DNA from: an uncultured Clostridium sp.
GTDB lineage: Bacteria; Bacillota_I; Bacilli_A; RF39; UBA660
Length of the DNA: 32,218 bases
Direction of reading: 5' to 3'
NCBI GenBank assembly: GCA_964555985.1
Contig: CAZKUP010000001.1
Span: forward strand, 12,166-44,383
Part shown: positions 25,233-32,218 of the stretch, in pieces
Layout of the letters: each line of letters starts with the position of its first letter
How positions within the stretch are numbered: the first letter of the stretch is position 1
The notes under the pieces: model-generated
What the model saw: only the letters and a program-made list of their open reading frames with translations
Told to the model about the DNA's origin: nothing
Database searches by the model: none
Made by a program: the position numbers and the translations under genes

Positions 25233-25835
25233 ATGAAAAAAAAATTAAAGAATATTTTGCTTTTCGCTATAGTTTTGCTTGTACCAATAAATTTTGCAAA
25301 AGCAGAAACTGCACCACCATGGATTAATGCAAAATATACAAGAGGAATAGATAGAATTTCTTGGTATATGTCATACGAAGATAATGGCGGTTGGTATGAA
25401 AATTTAATTATTAAAGCACTTAATAATTGGATGCAACCAGGTTGGTATAATCCTATAGTGTTTGTAGCAGCAAGTAGCAATGCGGGTACTATGATGGATA
25501 TATATTCAAAACCAAGTACATTTTGGAGATCGTATGTCCCATCAGCAGAAACAAGACATTATGATGGCTCTGATAATCAGTTGAAACCTAATACAAGTGG
25601 TAAATTATCTCAAGATTATGTATTTACAAGAGTTTTTCTAAATGATGATCAATTGCATAATCTACCTGCTGATTTATTGCAGGGAGTTATTGCTCATGAA
25701 GTAGGGCATACACTTGGATTAGATGAAAATAATACTAATAGATATAGTATTATGTGTCAATATTTAAATGGTACAAGGCTAGTAAATACGGTTCAAAAAA
25801 TTGATAATGACACAGTTGTAAGTATTTATAGTTAG
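25233..25835 (+). CDS. Secreted minimal zinc metalloprotease, metzincin-like
   Basis: Signal peptide MKKKLKNILLFAIVLLVPINFAKA|ETAPP. It has the zinc motif HEVGHTLGLDEN (HExxHxxG) and a downstream Met-turn candidate, RYSIMCQY. The mature form is about 176 aa. Confidence 0.75.
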   Translation: MKKKLKNILLFAIVLLVPINFAKAETAPPWINAKYTRGIDRISWYMSYEDNGGWYENLIIKALNNWMQPGWYNPIVFVAASSNAGTMMDIYSKPSTFWRSYVPSAETRHYDGSDNQLKPNTSGKLSQDYVFTRVFLNDDQLHNLPADLLQGVIAHEVGHTLGLDENNTNRYSIMCQYLNGTRLVNTVQKIDNDTVVSIYS

Positions 25836-25845
25836 GGAGGAACTT

Positions 25846-26556
25846 ATGAAAAAAAGGAATTTATTAATAATATTTGTATTTATATTTGTAATATCTATTT
25901 GTTTGGTTTTGAATAATAAGAAAGATATGAAATTTGATACAAATAATGATAATGCGAATGATGATGTTGTAATTGATATAAATCAATATGCATATGTTGA
26001 GTATCTATATGATTTAAATGATAAGAATGTATTAACTGATTTATTTGATTATATTGCAATAATAAAAATTAAATCTGTTGATGGAGTAGATAACTATGAT
26101 TATGTTTCTAATGATTATGTGAGTCCTTATACTTATGGTAAGGCGGAGGTTTTAAAAGTGATTAAAGGCAATATTTCTAATAAAGAAATAAGTTATAATA
26201 GATTGGGTGGTAAAATATCTTTTACAAAATATATAGAAGGCGAAGAATATAAACCCGTCGACTTTAAGAGAATATATAATATTAGTAATATTGATGATAG
26301 CAAAATAATCATAAATGCAACTTATTCAAAAGATATTGATATAGAACCTGGGAAAATTTATTTAGCATTTTTAGAGTATAAAGAGGGTGTTAATAGAGAA
26401 AACGAATATTGGATAGGTGGTATGGAATATGGACTTAGGGAATTAAGTGATAGTAATATTTCAATAAATAATATAGACACTATAAAAGTAAGAAATAATA
26501 CTACTAAAAAATATGAATCTATTAATGAAGTTATAAATTTAGATATTAAAAAATAA
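25846..26556 (+). CDS. Membrane-anchored or secreted protein of unknown function, co-transcribed with the metalloprotease
   Basis: A GGGAGG RBS precedes it. The N-terminal hydrophobic segment is LLIIFVFIFVISICLVL. It lies 10 nt downstream of the protease stop. Confidence 0.6.
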   Translation: MKKRNLLIIFVFIFVISICLVLNNKKDMKFDTNNDNANDDVVIDINQYAYVEYLYDLNDKNVLTDLFDYIAIIKIKSVDGVDNYDYVSNDYVSPYTYGKAEVLKVIKGNISNKEISYNRLGGKISFTKYIEGEEYKPVDFKRIYNISNIDDSKIIINATYSKDIDIEPGKIYLAFLEYKEGVNRENEYWIGGMEYGLRELSDSNISINNIDTIKVRNNTTKKYESINEVINLDIKK

Positions 26557-26605
26557 AAAATAATTATTGACTATTATTAAAAATTATTTCATTTTACAAT
26601 ATTTT

Positions 26606-26638
26606 AAAAACTTTTATCTTAATGATAAAGTTTTTTTA
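26606..26638 (+). terminator. Rho-independent terminator of the metzincin cassette
   Basis: ACTTTTATC (26610-26618) pairs with GATAAAGT (26624-26631) with one bulge, followed by TTTTTTT. Confidence 0.6.
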
Positions 26639-26712
26639 TTAGCAATATCGAAGATGAGTTTACACAAAAAAATTAATGTAAAATTTTTATTTAAAATGTA
26701 ATAATAAGTTAA

Positions 26713-26895
26713 TCTAAGGAAAATATAATAATTGTATTATTAAGTATGATATTTCTACATAATATAATTCCATTTGTTACATGGAACTTAAGTAGAAAAA
26801 TTATCATTTTATCTGCTAACTATATAGTTTTTATTGTATCTTTGATATTAATTAAAAAAATTATATTAAAAAGATATAGCTATTATATTTTTTAA
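26713..26895 (+). pseudogene. Orphan 3' end fragment of a second FtsX-type permease gene
   Basis: The open frame 26713-26895 encodes ...IIIVLLSMIFLHNIIPFVTWNLSRKIIILSANYIVFIVSLILIKK.... This parallels the last 45 or so codons of 24498-25082. There is no start codon with an RBS. Confidence 0.6.
26723..26850 (+). repeat. Direct repeat copy B (permease 3' end)
   Basis: See 24949-25076. The differences are mostly conservative at the protein level (T/I, I/V, A/I, F/S). Confidence 0.9.
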
Positions 26896-26975
26896 TAAGA
26901 ATTTTATTATTTCATCTTTTATATTTTAAATAAATGTGATATGATATTATTGTATTATATTAGGAGATGATAAAA

Positions 26976-27389
26976 ATGGGTTTTAAGATAAAAGAATTTT
27001 TTGGAACATCTGATGGGGATAATGCTTTGGAGAATAATTATTATTCTTTATCTTCTGATGATGCTTTAAGGGGTGCGGATGCGGAAGGAAGTAAGTTAAT
27101 ACTTTTGGAGCCTAGGGCATATTCTGAATCCCAACAAATTGCTGATCATTTAAAGAATAGGCATACTGTTGTAGTTAATTTAAAAAGGGTTACAACTGAT
27201 CAAGCTAAAAGAATTGTTGACTTTTTAAGTGGTACAATTTATGCAATAGGCGGGGATTTGCAAAAGATAGGTGGAGGTATATTCTTATTAACTCCAAACA
27301 ATATAAATGTACAGGGAAAAATATCAAATGATTCTGAGGATAAAAAAGAGAAGGTTCATGATAATAGTGATATAGATATTGGTTGGTAA
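26976..27389 (+). CDS. sepF: Cell division protein SepF
   Basis: [57 protein letters not shown] is the SepF/DUF552 core. AGGAG (26962-26966) favours ATG 26976 over 26967. Synteny with divIVA and ileS supports the call. Confidence 0.85.
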   Translation: MGFKIKEFFGTSDGDNALENNYYSLSSDDALRGADAEGSKLILLEPRAYSESQQIADHLKNRHTVVVNLKRVTTDQAKRIVDFLSGTIYAIGGDLQKIGGGIFLLTPNNINVQGKISNDSEDKKEKVHDNSDIDIGW

Positions 27390-27410
27390 TATTAATTTTG
27401 AGGTGAAATT

Positions 27411-27863
27411 ATGGATAAGTTTAAAAGGAGTTTAAATGGTTATAATGTTGATGAGGTAAATGCTTTTATTGATGATGTTATAAGTAAATTAGAAGCAATT
27501 ATAAAGGAAGAAAAGCAAATTAAGAATGAAATAAAAATGAAGGACATTAAAATAAAGGATTTAGAGAATATCGTTGAACATTATAAAAAAATTGAAAATG
27601 AAATGAACGCCTCAATTAATAATGCTAAAGAAAGTGAAGAATCTTTAAAAAGACTTGCAAAATCTGAAAGAGATGATATAATAAATGAAGCAAGGCAAAA
27701 TGCAAATAGAATTATAAGTGATGCTCTTATGCGTGCTGAGAAAATTGAGTATAAGACTGAACTTTTAAAGAAAAACATAGTGTCTTATAAGAATAGGGTA
27801 AGAATTATGTTGAATCAGCAATTAGATATGATTGATGATTTGGATGAAGAAAATGTAAATTAA
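27411..27863 (+). CDS. divIVA: DivIVA-domain cell division protein
   Basis: The N-terminal FKRSLNGYNVDEVNAFIDDV motif is followed by a coiled-coil region. It is positioned between sepF and ileS, as in other Firmicutes. Confidence 0.8.
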   Translation: MDKFKRSLNGYNVDEVNAFIDDVISKLEAIIKEEKQIKNEIKMKDIKIKDLENIVEHYKKIENEMNASINNAKESEESLKRLAKSERDDIINEARQNANRIISDALMRAEKIEYKTELLKKNIVSYKNRVRIMLNQQLDMIDDLDEENVN

Positions 27864-27876
27864 ATGATGGAGACGG

Positions 27877-28063
27877 TGTATTATGATTCTTTTTAGAGAG
27901 CTTTTGGTTGGTGAGAAAAAAGTAAGATAATAGTATACAAATCACTCTTGATAATTCTTTCTGATGAGGAAAGAACGAGTTATTTCGTTATAAATTAAAA
28001 GTGCATAGAATCTATGAACTAAGGTGGTACCGTTCTTTTGAACCCTTAGATTATAGATTTTTT
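27877..28063 (+). promoter_or_regulatory. T-box leader with Ile (AUC) specifier, including promoter and terminator
   Basis: Extended -10 TGTATTAT (27877-27884). Stem I elements AGAGAG, GGTGAGA and AGTA are present. ATC followed by A lies at 27941-27944. The T-box core is AACTAAGGTGGTACCG (28017-28032). The terminator arms TCTATGAACTAAGG (28011-28024) and CCTTAGATTATAGA (28044-28057) are followed by TTTTTT. Confidence 0.8.
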
Positions 28064-28080
28064 ATTTTAGGGAGGAATAT

Positions 28081-31000
28081 ATGAAAAAATTTAAAGAGTT
28101 ATCAAAAGAAAAAACAAATGTTATAGAGAAGGAAATATTAAATCATTGGAATGATATTAATATTCTTGATAAAACTATAGAGAATAGAAAAAATAATGAA
28201 TCATTTGTATTTTATGATGGCCCTGCTACTGCAAATGGTATGCCTGGAGTGCATCATATGCTTGCTAAATTATTAAAAGATTCTTTTTGTAAATATAAAA
28301 CAATGAAAGGGTATAAAGTTCTTAGAAAAGTAGGTTGGGATACACATGGACTTCCTGTAGAACTTCAAGTAGAGAAGACTCTTGGTTTTAAATCTAAAAA
28401 TGATATTGAGGAATATGGAATAAAAGAATTTAATGAAAAATGTAGAGAGAGTGTTTGGGAAAATGAAAGTGCATTTAAGAAATTAACTCTTGATATGGGA
28501 CAATTTATTGATTTAGAGCATCCTTATGTTACTTATGATAATAATTATATTGAAACTGAATGGTGGATTTTAAAGAAATTCTTTGATGAGGGCTTAATTT
28601 ATGAAGGATATAAAATACTTCCATATTGTCCAAGATGTGGAACAGGACTTGCCTCTCATGAAGTTGCTCAAGGGTATAAAGATATTCAAGTAAATACTGT
28701 AACTGTGCCATTTAAGCTTAAGAATGAAGAAAATACATACTTTTTAGTATGGACAACAACACCATGGACTTTATTATCTAATGTTGCTATATGTGTTAAT
28801 CCATTTGAAGATTATATTAAAGTAAATTCTAAAGGATATAATTTTATAGTAGCAGAAAAGCTTGCAAATAAAGTATTAGGTGATGAATTTGAAATAATAA
28901 AAAGATATAAAGGAACTGACTTAGAATATACTGAATATGAACAATTACTACCATATATAAAAGTAGATAAAAAAGCATTCTTTGTAGTATGTGATGAATA
29001 TGTTACTATGGAAGATGGTACTGGTCTTGTTCATATTGCGCCTGCATTTGGACAAGATGACTATGAAGTTGGTAAAAAATATAATTTACCAGTAATAAAT
29101 CCAGTTGGTGAAGATGGAAAATACATAGAAGGTCCATGGAAGGGTACATTTGTAATGGATTCAGAACTTGAAATTACAATAATTAAACATTTAAAAGAAA
29201 ATGATAAGTTATTTAAAAAAGAAAAATTAAGTCATAATTATCCTCATTGTTGGAGATGTAATACACCACTTCTTTATTATTCAAAACCAAGTATTTATAT
29301 TGAAACAACTAAGTTTAAAGATAAAATTATAGAAAATAATAATAAAATTAATTGGTATCCTTCTTATGTTGGAGAAAAAAGATTTGGTAATTGGCTTGAA
29401 AATATGAATGATTGGGCAATATCAAGAAATAGATATTGGGGAACACCACTTCCATTATGGAAATGTAGTTGTGGTAATAGCGTTATGATTGGTTCAAGAA
29501 GTGAACTTGTAGAAAAATCTATAGAAAATATTGATGAATCAATTGAATTACATAGACCATATGTAGATGATGTACATATTAAGTGTGATAAATGTGGTAA
29601 AGAAATGACAAGAGTTAAAGATGTAATAGATTGTTGGTTTGATTCTGGTAGTATGCCTTTTGCACAATATCATTATCCTTTTGAAAATAAAGAATTATTT
29701 GAAAATCAATTTCCTGCAGATTTTATATCAGAGGGAATAGATCAAACAAGAGGATGGTTCTATGTGCTTCTTGTAATATCAACATTTGTAACAGGAAAAA
29801 GTCCATTTAAAAATGTTCTTGTAAATGATTTATTACTAGATAAATATGGCCAAAAAATGCATAAGAGTAGGGGTAATGCAATTAATCCATTTAACTTAAT
29901 AGAAGAGTATGGTGCGGACACTATAAGATGGTATATGCCTTATGTTTCACCAGTATGGACACCTATTAAATTTGATGTAGAAGGGCTTAAAGAGGTATAT
30001 TCAAAGTTCTTTAATACCTTAAGAAATACTTATAATTTCTTTGCATTATACGCTAATACTGATGAGCTTAATCCAAGAGAATTTAATGTTGAATATGAAA
30101 AAAGAGAAGAAATAGATAAATGGATATTATCTAAATATAATAAATTAATTAGTGAAACTACAGAAGCATATGAATCTTTTGACTTAACAAAAGTTGTAAG
30201 AAAAGTAACTGATTTTGTATCAGAAGATTTATCTAACTGGTATATAAGAAGAAATAGAAGAAGATTTTGGGCTTCTATAGAAGATGATAGTAAAAAAAGT
30301 GTTTATAATACTACATATGAAGTTTTAGAAGGATTATGTAAAATTATCGCACCAATCGCATCATTTACTGCTGAAGAAATATATACTAGTTTAACAGGAA
30401 AAGAATCCGTTCATTTAGAAGATTTTCCAGTGTATGATGAATCTAAAATAAATGAAGAAATAGAAGAGAAAATGGATTTAGTAAGAAGTTTAATCTCACT
30501 AGGAAGAAACGCTAGGGAAGAGGCGAAAATAAAGGTTAGACAACCTATTAAAGAAATAATTCTAGATGGTAAAAATAGAGAAATAATCTTTGATTTAACT
30601 GATTTAATTAAAGAAGAATTAAATGTTAAAGATATAGTATTTACTGATGATTTAACAAAATATATATCTTATGAAATTAAACCTAATTTTAAAGTTTGTG
30701 GACCAATTCTTGGTAAAAATATTAAAGATTTCGCACAAAAACTTACCACATTTACTCAAGATGATTTAACAAAATTAAAAGAGGGTGGTAGTATAGAATT
30801 AAATATTAACACTACCCCTATTATTCTTACACTTGATATGCTTGATATAAGAATTAATTCAAAAGAAGGATTTAACGCTAGCAATGAAAACAATAACTTT
30901 ATTATATTAAATACACATCTTACTGAAGAATTAATTAATGAAGGAGTTGCAAGAGAATTTATAAGTAAAGTACAACAAATAAGAAAAACAAATAATTATG

Positions 31001-31191
31001 AGATGATGGATAGAATATCAATATATTATTCAAATAACTTAGAATTTGATAAAGCAATAACTAATTATATTGATTTTATAAAGAAAGAAACATTAGCAGA
31101 TGAGATAATTTCTTTAAATGAAGAATTTGATAATACATATGATTTAAATGGAATAGAAGTAGGTATAAGATTAGAAAAGAAGAACCAATAA
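28081..31191 (+). CDS. ileS: Isoleucine--tRNA ligase, long (about 1036 aa) type-2-like form
   Basis: Motifs ATANGMPGVHHMLAK (HIGH region), KMHKSRGN (KMSKS), WTTTPWTL (editing domain) and WAISRNRYWGTPLP. An Ile T-box lies upstream. Confidence 0.95.
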   Translation: MKKFKELSKEKTNVIEKEILNHWNDINILDKTIENRKNNESFVFYDGPATANGMPGVHHMLAKLLKDSFCKYKTMKGYKVLRKVGWDTHGLPVELQVEKTLGFKSKNDIEEYGIKEFNEKCRESVWENESAFKKLTLDMGQFIDLEHPYVTYDNNYIETEWWILKKFFDEGLIYEGYKILPYCPRCGTGLASHEVAQGYKDIQVNTVTVPFKLKNEENTYFLVWTTTPWTLLSNVAICVNPFEDYIKVNSKGYNFIVAEKLANKVLGDEFEIIKRYKGTDLEYTEYEQLLPYIKVDKKAFFVVCDEYVTMEDGTGLVHIAPAFGQDDYEVGKKYNLPVINPVGEDGKYIEGPWKGTFVMDSELEITIIKHLKENDKLFKKEKLSHNYPHCWRCNTPLLYYSKPSIYIETTKFKDKIIENNNKINWYPSYVGEKRFGNWLENMNDWAISRNRYWGTPLPLWKCSCGNSVMIGSRSELVEKSIENIDESIELHRPYVDDVHIKCDKCGKEMTRVKDVIDCWFDSGSMPFAQYHYPFENKELFENQFPADFISEGIDQTRGWFYVLLVISTFVTGKSPFKNVLVNDLLLDKYGQKMHKSRGNAINPFNLIEEYGADTIRWYMPYVSPVWTPIKFDVEGLKEVYSKFFNTLRNTYNFFALYANTDELNPREFNVEYEKREEIDKWILSKYNKLISETTEAYESFDLTKVVRKVTDFVSEDLSNWYIRRNRRRFWASIEDDSKKSVYNTTYEVLEGLCKIIAPIASFTAEEIYTSLTGKESVHLEDFPVYDESKINEEIEEKMDLVRSLISLGRNAREEAKIKVRQPIKEIILDGKNREIIFDLTDLIKEELNVKDIVFTDDLTKYISYEIKPNFKVCGPILGKNIKDFAQKLTTFTQDDLTKLKEGGSIELNINTTPIILTLDMLDIRINSKEGFNASNENNNFIILNTHLTEELINEGVAREFISKVQQIRKTNNYEMMDRISIYYSNNLEFDKAITNYIDFIKKETLADEIISLNEEFDNTYDLNGIEVGIRLEKKNQ

Positions 31192-31206
31192 GGTTCTTCT
31201 TTATTA
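31176..31206 (+). terminator. Rho-independent terminator of ileS
   Basis: AAAGAAGAACC (31176-31186) pairs with GGTTCTTCTTT (31192-31202), followed by a T-rich tail. It overlaps the stop codon. Confidence 0.7.
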
Positions 31207-31279
31207 TATTAATAAATAAAATTGTTATAATGAGAAGTCAACATAATATACATTATACGAAATTCTATATATAATATAT

Positions 31280-32050
31280 TTATATCTTTCTAGATTGTAT
31301 TTCAGCAATTCTTTCAAACACTTCAGTAGCATTTTTTTCATTAATCTCAGTATATCCAAGTTCTTTTAAAGCTTGTGATTTAACAGTATATAATTCTTGG
31401 GTTCTAGATAATTTTTCTTCATTTCTTTGTTCAACTTCAGCTTCAAATTTCTTATGAATCTCAGCAACTTTTGTTTTAGAAAAACCACCATTATTAAATA
31501 AAGTAATTGCTTGATACATTATACCTTCAAATACAATTTGTTTCTCTTCATTAAAAGTAAACTCTTTAGTGCTTACAAATCCATTAGATTTAGCAAAATA
31601 TGCAAGTACATATCTTAATTCTTCAACATCATCCATTACTTGTAAAAAATTATATAAATACTTAAAAGTATTATATGCTTTTTCACCCTCATCTTCATCT
31701 AAACTTTCTTTTAATATACTTACTATATTAGATAATAACTTTTGATTTTTCTTATTTAATCCCTTTAAATTAGTAGTTGTATTATCTCTTCCACGAGGCA
31801 TTTCCTCCCCTTCACTAAGTAACTCCTCTACTCTTGCAATAAAATCATTATTTGGCTTAATATTTTTAATCTCATTTTCATGTTCAACATTAAATAAAAG
31901 TAATAATTTTGTCTTTTTATCCTTAGGCCACTCATCAACAGATTTCATTTCCAAATAATTGTATACCATTTGTCTAGATACACCTAAATATTTAGCTAGT
32001 TTTACTTTAGAAACCCCTATTCCTTTTAACAAATTATTTACATCTTTCAT
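31280..32050 (-). CDS. Helix-turn-helix DNA-binding protein with an uncharacterised C-terminal domain
   Basis: The N-terminal VSKVKLAKYLGVSRQMVYNYL is an HTH. GGAGG lies 10 nt upstream of ATG 32050; the ORF-track start at 32113 has no RBS. Confidence 0.65.
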   Translation of the reverse strand: MKDVNNLLKGIGVSKVKLAKYLGVSRQMVYNYLEMKSVDEWPKDKKTKLLLLFNVEHENEIKNIKPNNDFIARVEELLSEGEEMPRGRDNTTTNLKGLNKKNQKLLSNIVSILKESLDEDEGEKAYNTFKYLYNFLQVMDDVEELRYVLAYFAKSNGFVSTKEFTFNEEKQIVFEGIMYQAITLFNNGGFSKTKVAEIHKKFEAEVEQRNEEKLSRTQELYTVKSQALKELGYTEINEKNATEVFERIAEIQSRKI

Positions 32051-32128
32051 AGACTCACTACCTCCATATTTACATTTAAATTGTATCATATACAATAAAT
32101 AAGTGTCAAGCATTTTACTACTTTACAC

Positions 32129-32218
32129 TTTAAAATGACATAGTTCTAAAACATTGTTATTATAGTAAATAATAAGGTAATTGTTTTAATACCATTTAAA
32201 ATGACATAGATCTAAAAC
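32129..32218. repeat. Two 24-nt direct repeats upstream of the HTH gene
   Basis: TTTAAAATGACATAGTTCTAAAAC (32129-32152) and TTTAAAATGACATAGATCTAAAAC (32195-32218) match at 23 of 24 positions and are spaced 66 nt start to start. The second copy abuts the window end. Confidence 0.85.

Noticed and set aside
25205-25480. Minus-strand ORF of 91 aa opposite the metalloprotease gene. The same reasoning applies to 27581-27778 (opposite divIVA) and 28529-28711 (opposite ileS).
   Set aside because: These are antisense to genes with strong motif support and have no independent evidence.
28225-28275. Non-canonical HIGH region in IleRS, PGVHHM instead of PH(I/V)GH. It could suggest an inactive or unusual enzyme.
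   Set aside because: As I recall, a PG(I/V)HH arrangement is the normal form in one subgroup of long type-2-like IleRS enzymes. KMSKS (KMHKS), the editing motifs and the Ile T-box are all intact. I cannot verify this without a database, but it is not evidence of a pseudogene.
1-32218. A whole-window scan for CRISPR-like regularly spaced repeats, tRNA/rRNA-like GC-rich structured segments, and transposase, integrase or phage structural genes.
   Set aside because: None was seen. The only repeats are the direct repeats and short motifs reported above, and no ORF shows recombinase or transposase motifs.

Overview
This is a very AT-rich Firmicutes chromosomal segment, Clostridia-like and from a spore former. 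No rRNA, tRNA, CRISPR array, transposase or integrase is visible.

Core genes:
- A gerA-family germinant receptor operon in A-C-B order on the minus strand (6998-10616).
- A TRAM/RumA-type rRNA uracil methyltransferase, a MazG-like NTP pyrophosphatase and a YxjI/LURP-like protein.
- An L,D-transpeptidase lipoprotein, a metallophosphoesterase and a rhodanese lipoprotein.
- The division/translation block sepF-divIVA-(Ile T-box)-ileS (26976-31191).

Interleaved accessory material:
- (i) An operon at 443-5460 encoding a lipoprotein, two tandem MacB/FtsX-type fused ABC ATPase-permeases and a small Cys-capped secreted protein.
- (ii) A third fused ABC gene (17273-19810).
- (iii) A one-gene secreted-protein cassette (14140-15158) bracketed by a 49/50-identical direct repeat that duplicates the 3' end of the upstream gene.
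- (iv) A mosaic at 19985-26895. It holds a 5' fragment of an AAA+ ATPase gene and a five-gene module (secreted protein, anchored protein, two polytopic permeases, ABC-2-type ATPase). It also holds a permease gene remnant, a secreted minimal metzincin with a membrane-anchored partner, and a second copy of the permease 3' end.

The two secreted-protein genes in (iv) carry a 40/41-identical, A/T-only leader element at the same position relative to sigmaA-like promoters.

The most interesting signal is this recurring pattern: small signal-peptide proteins of unknown fold sit beside ABC exporters, inside cassettes flanked by duplicated gene 3' ends. All functional interpretation of these modules is inference from motifs and architecture. 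No homology search could be run.
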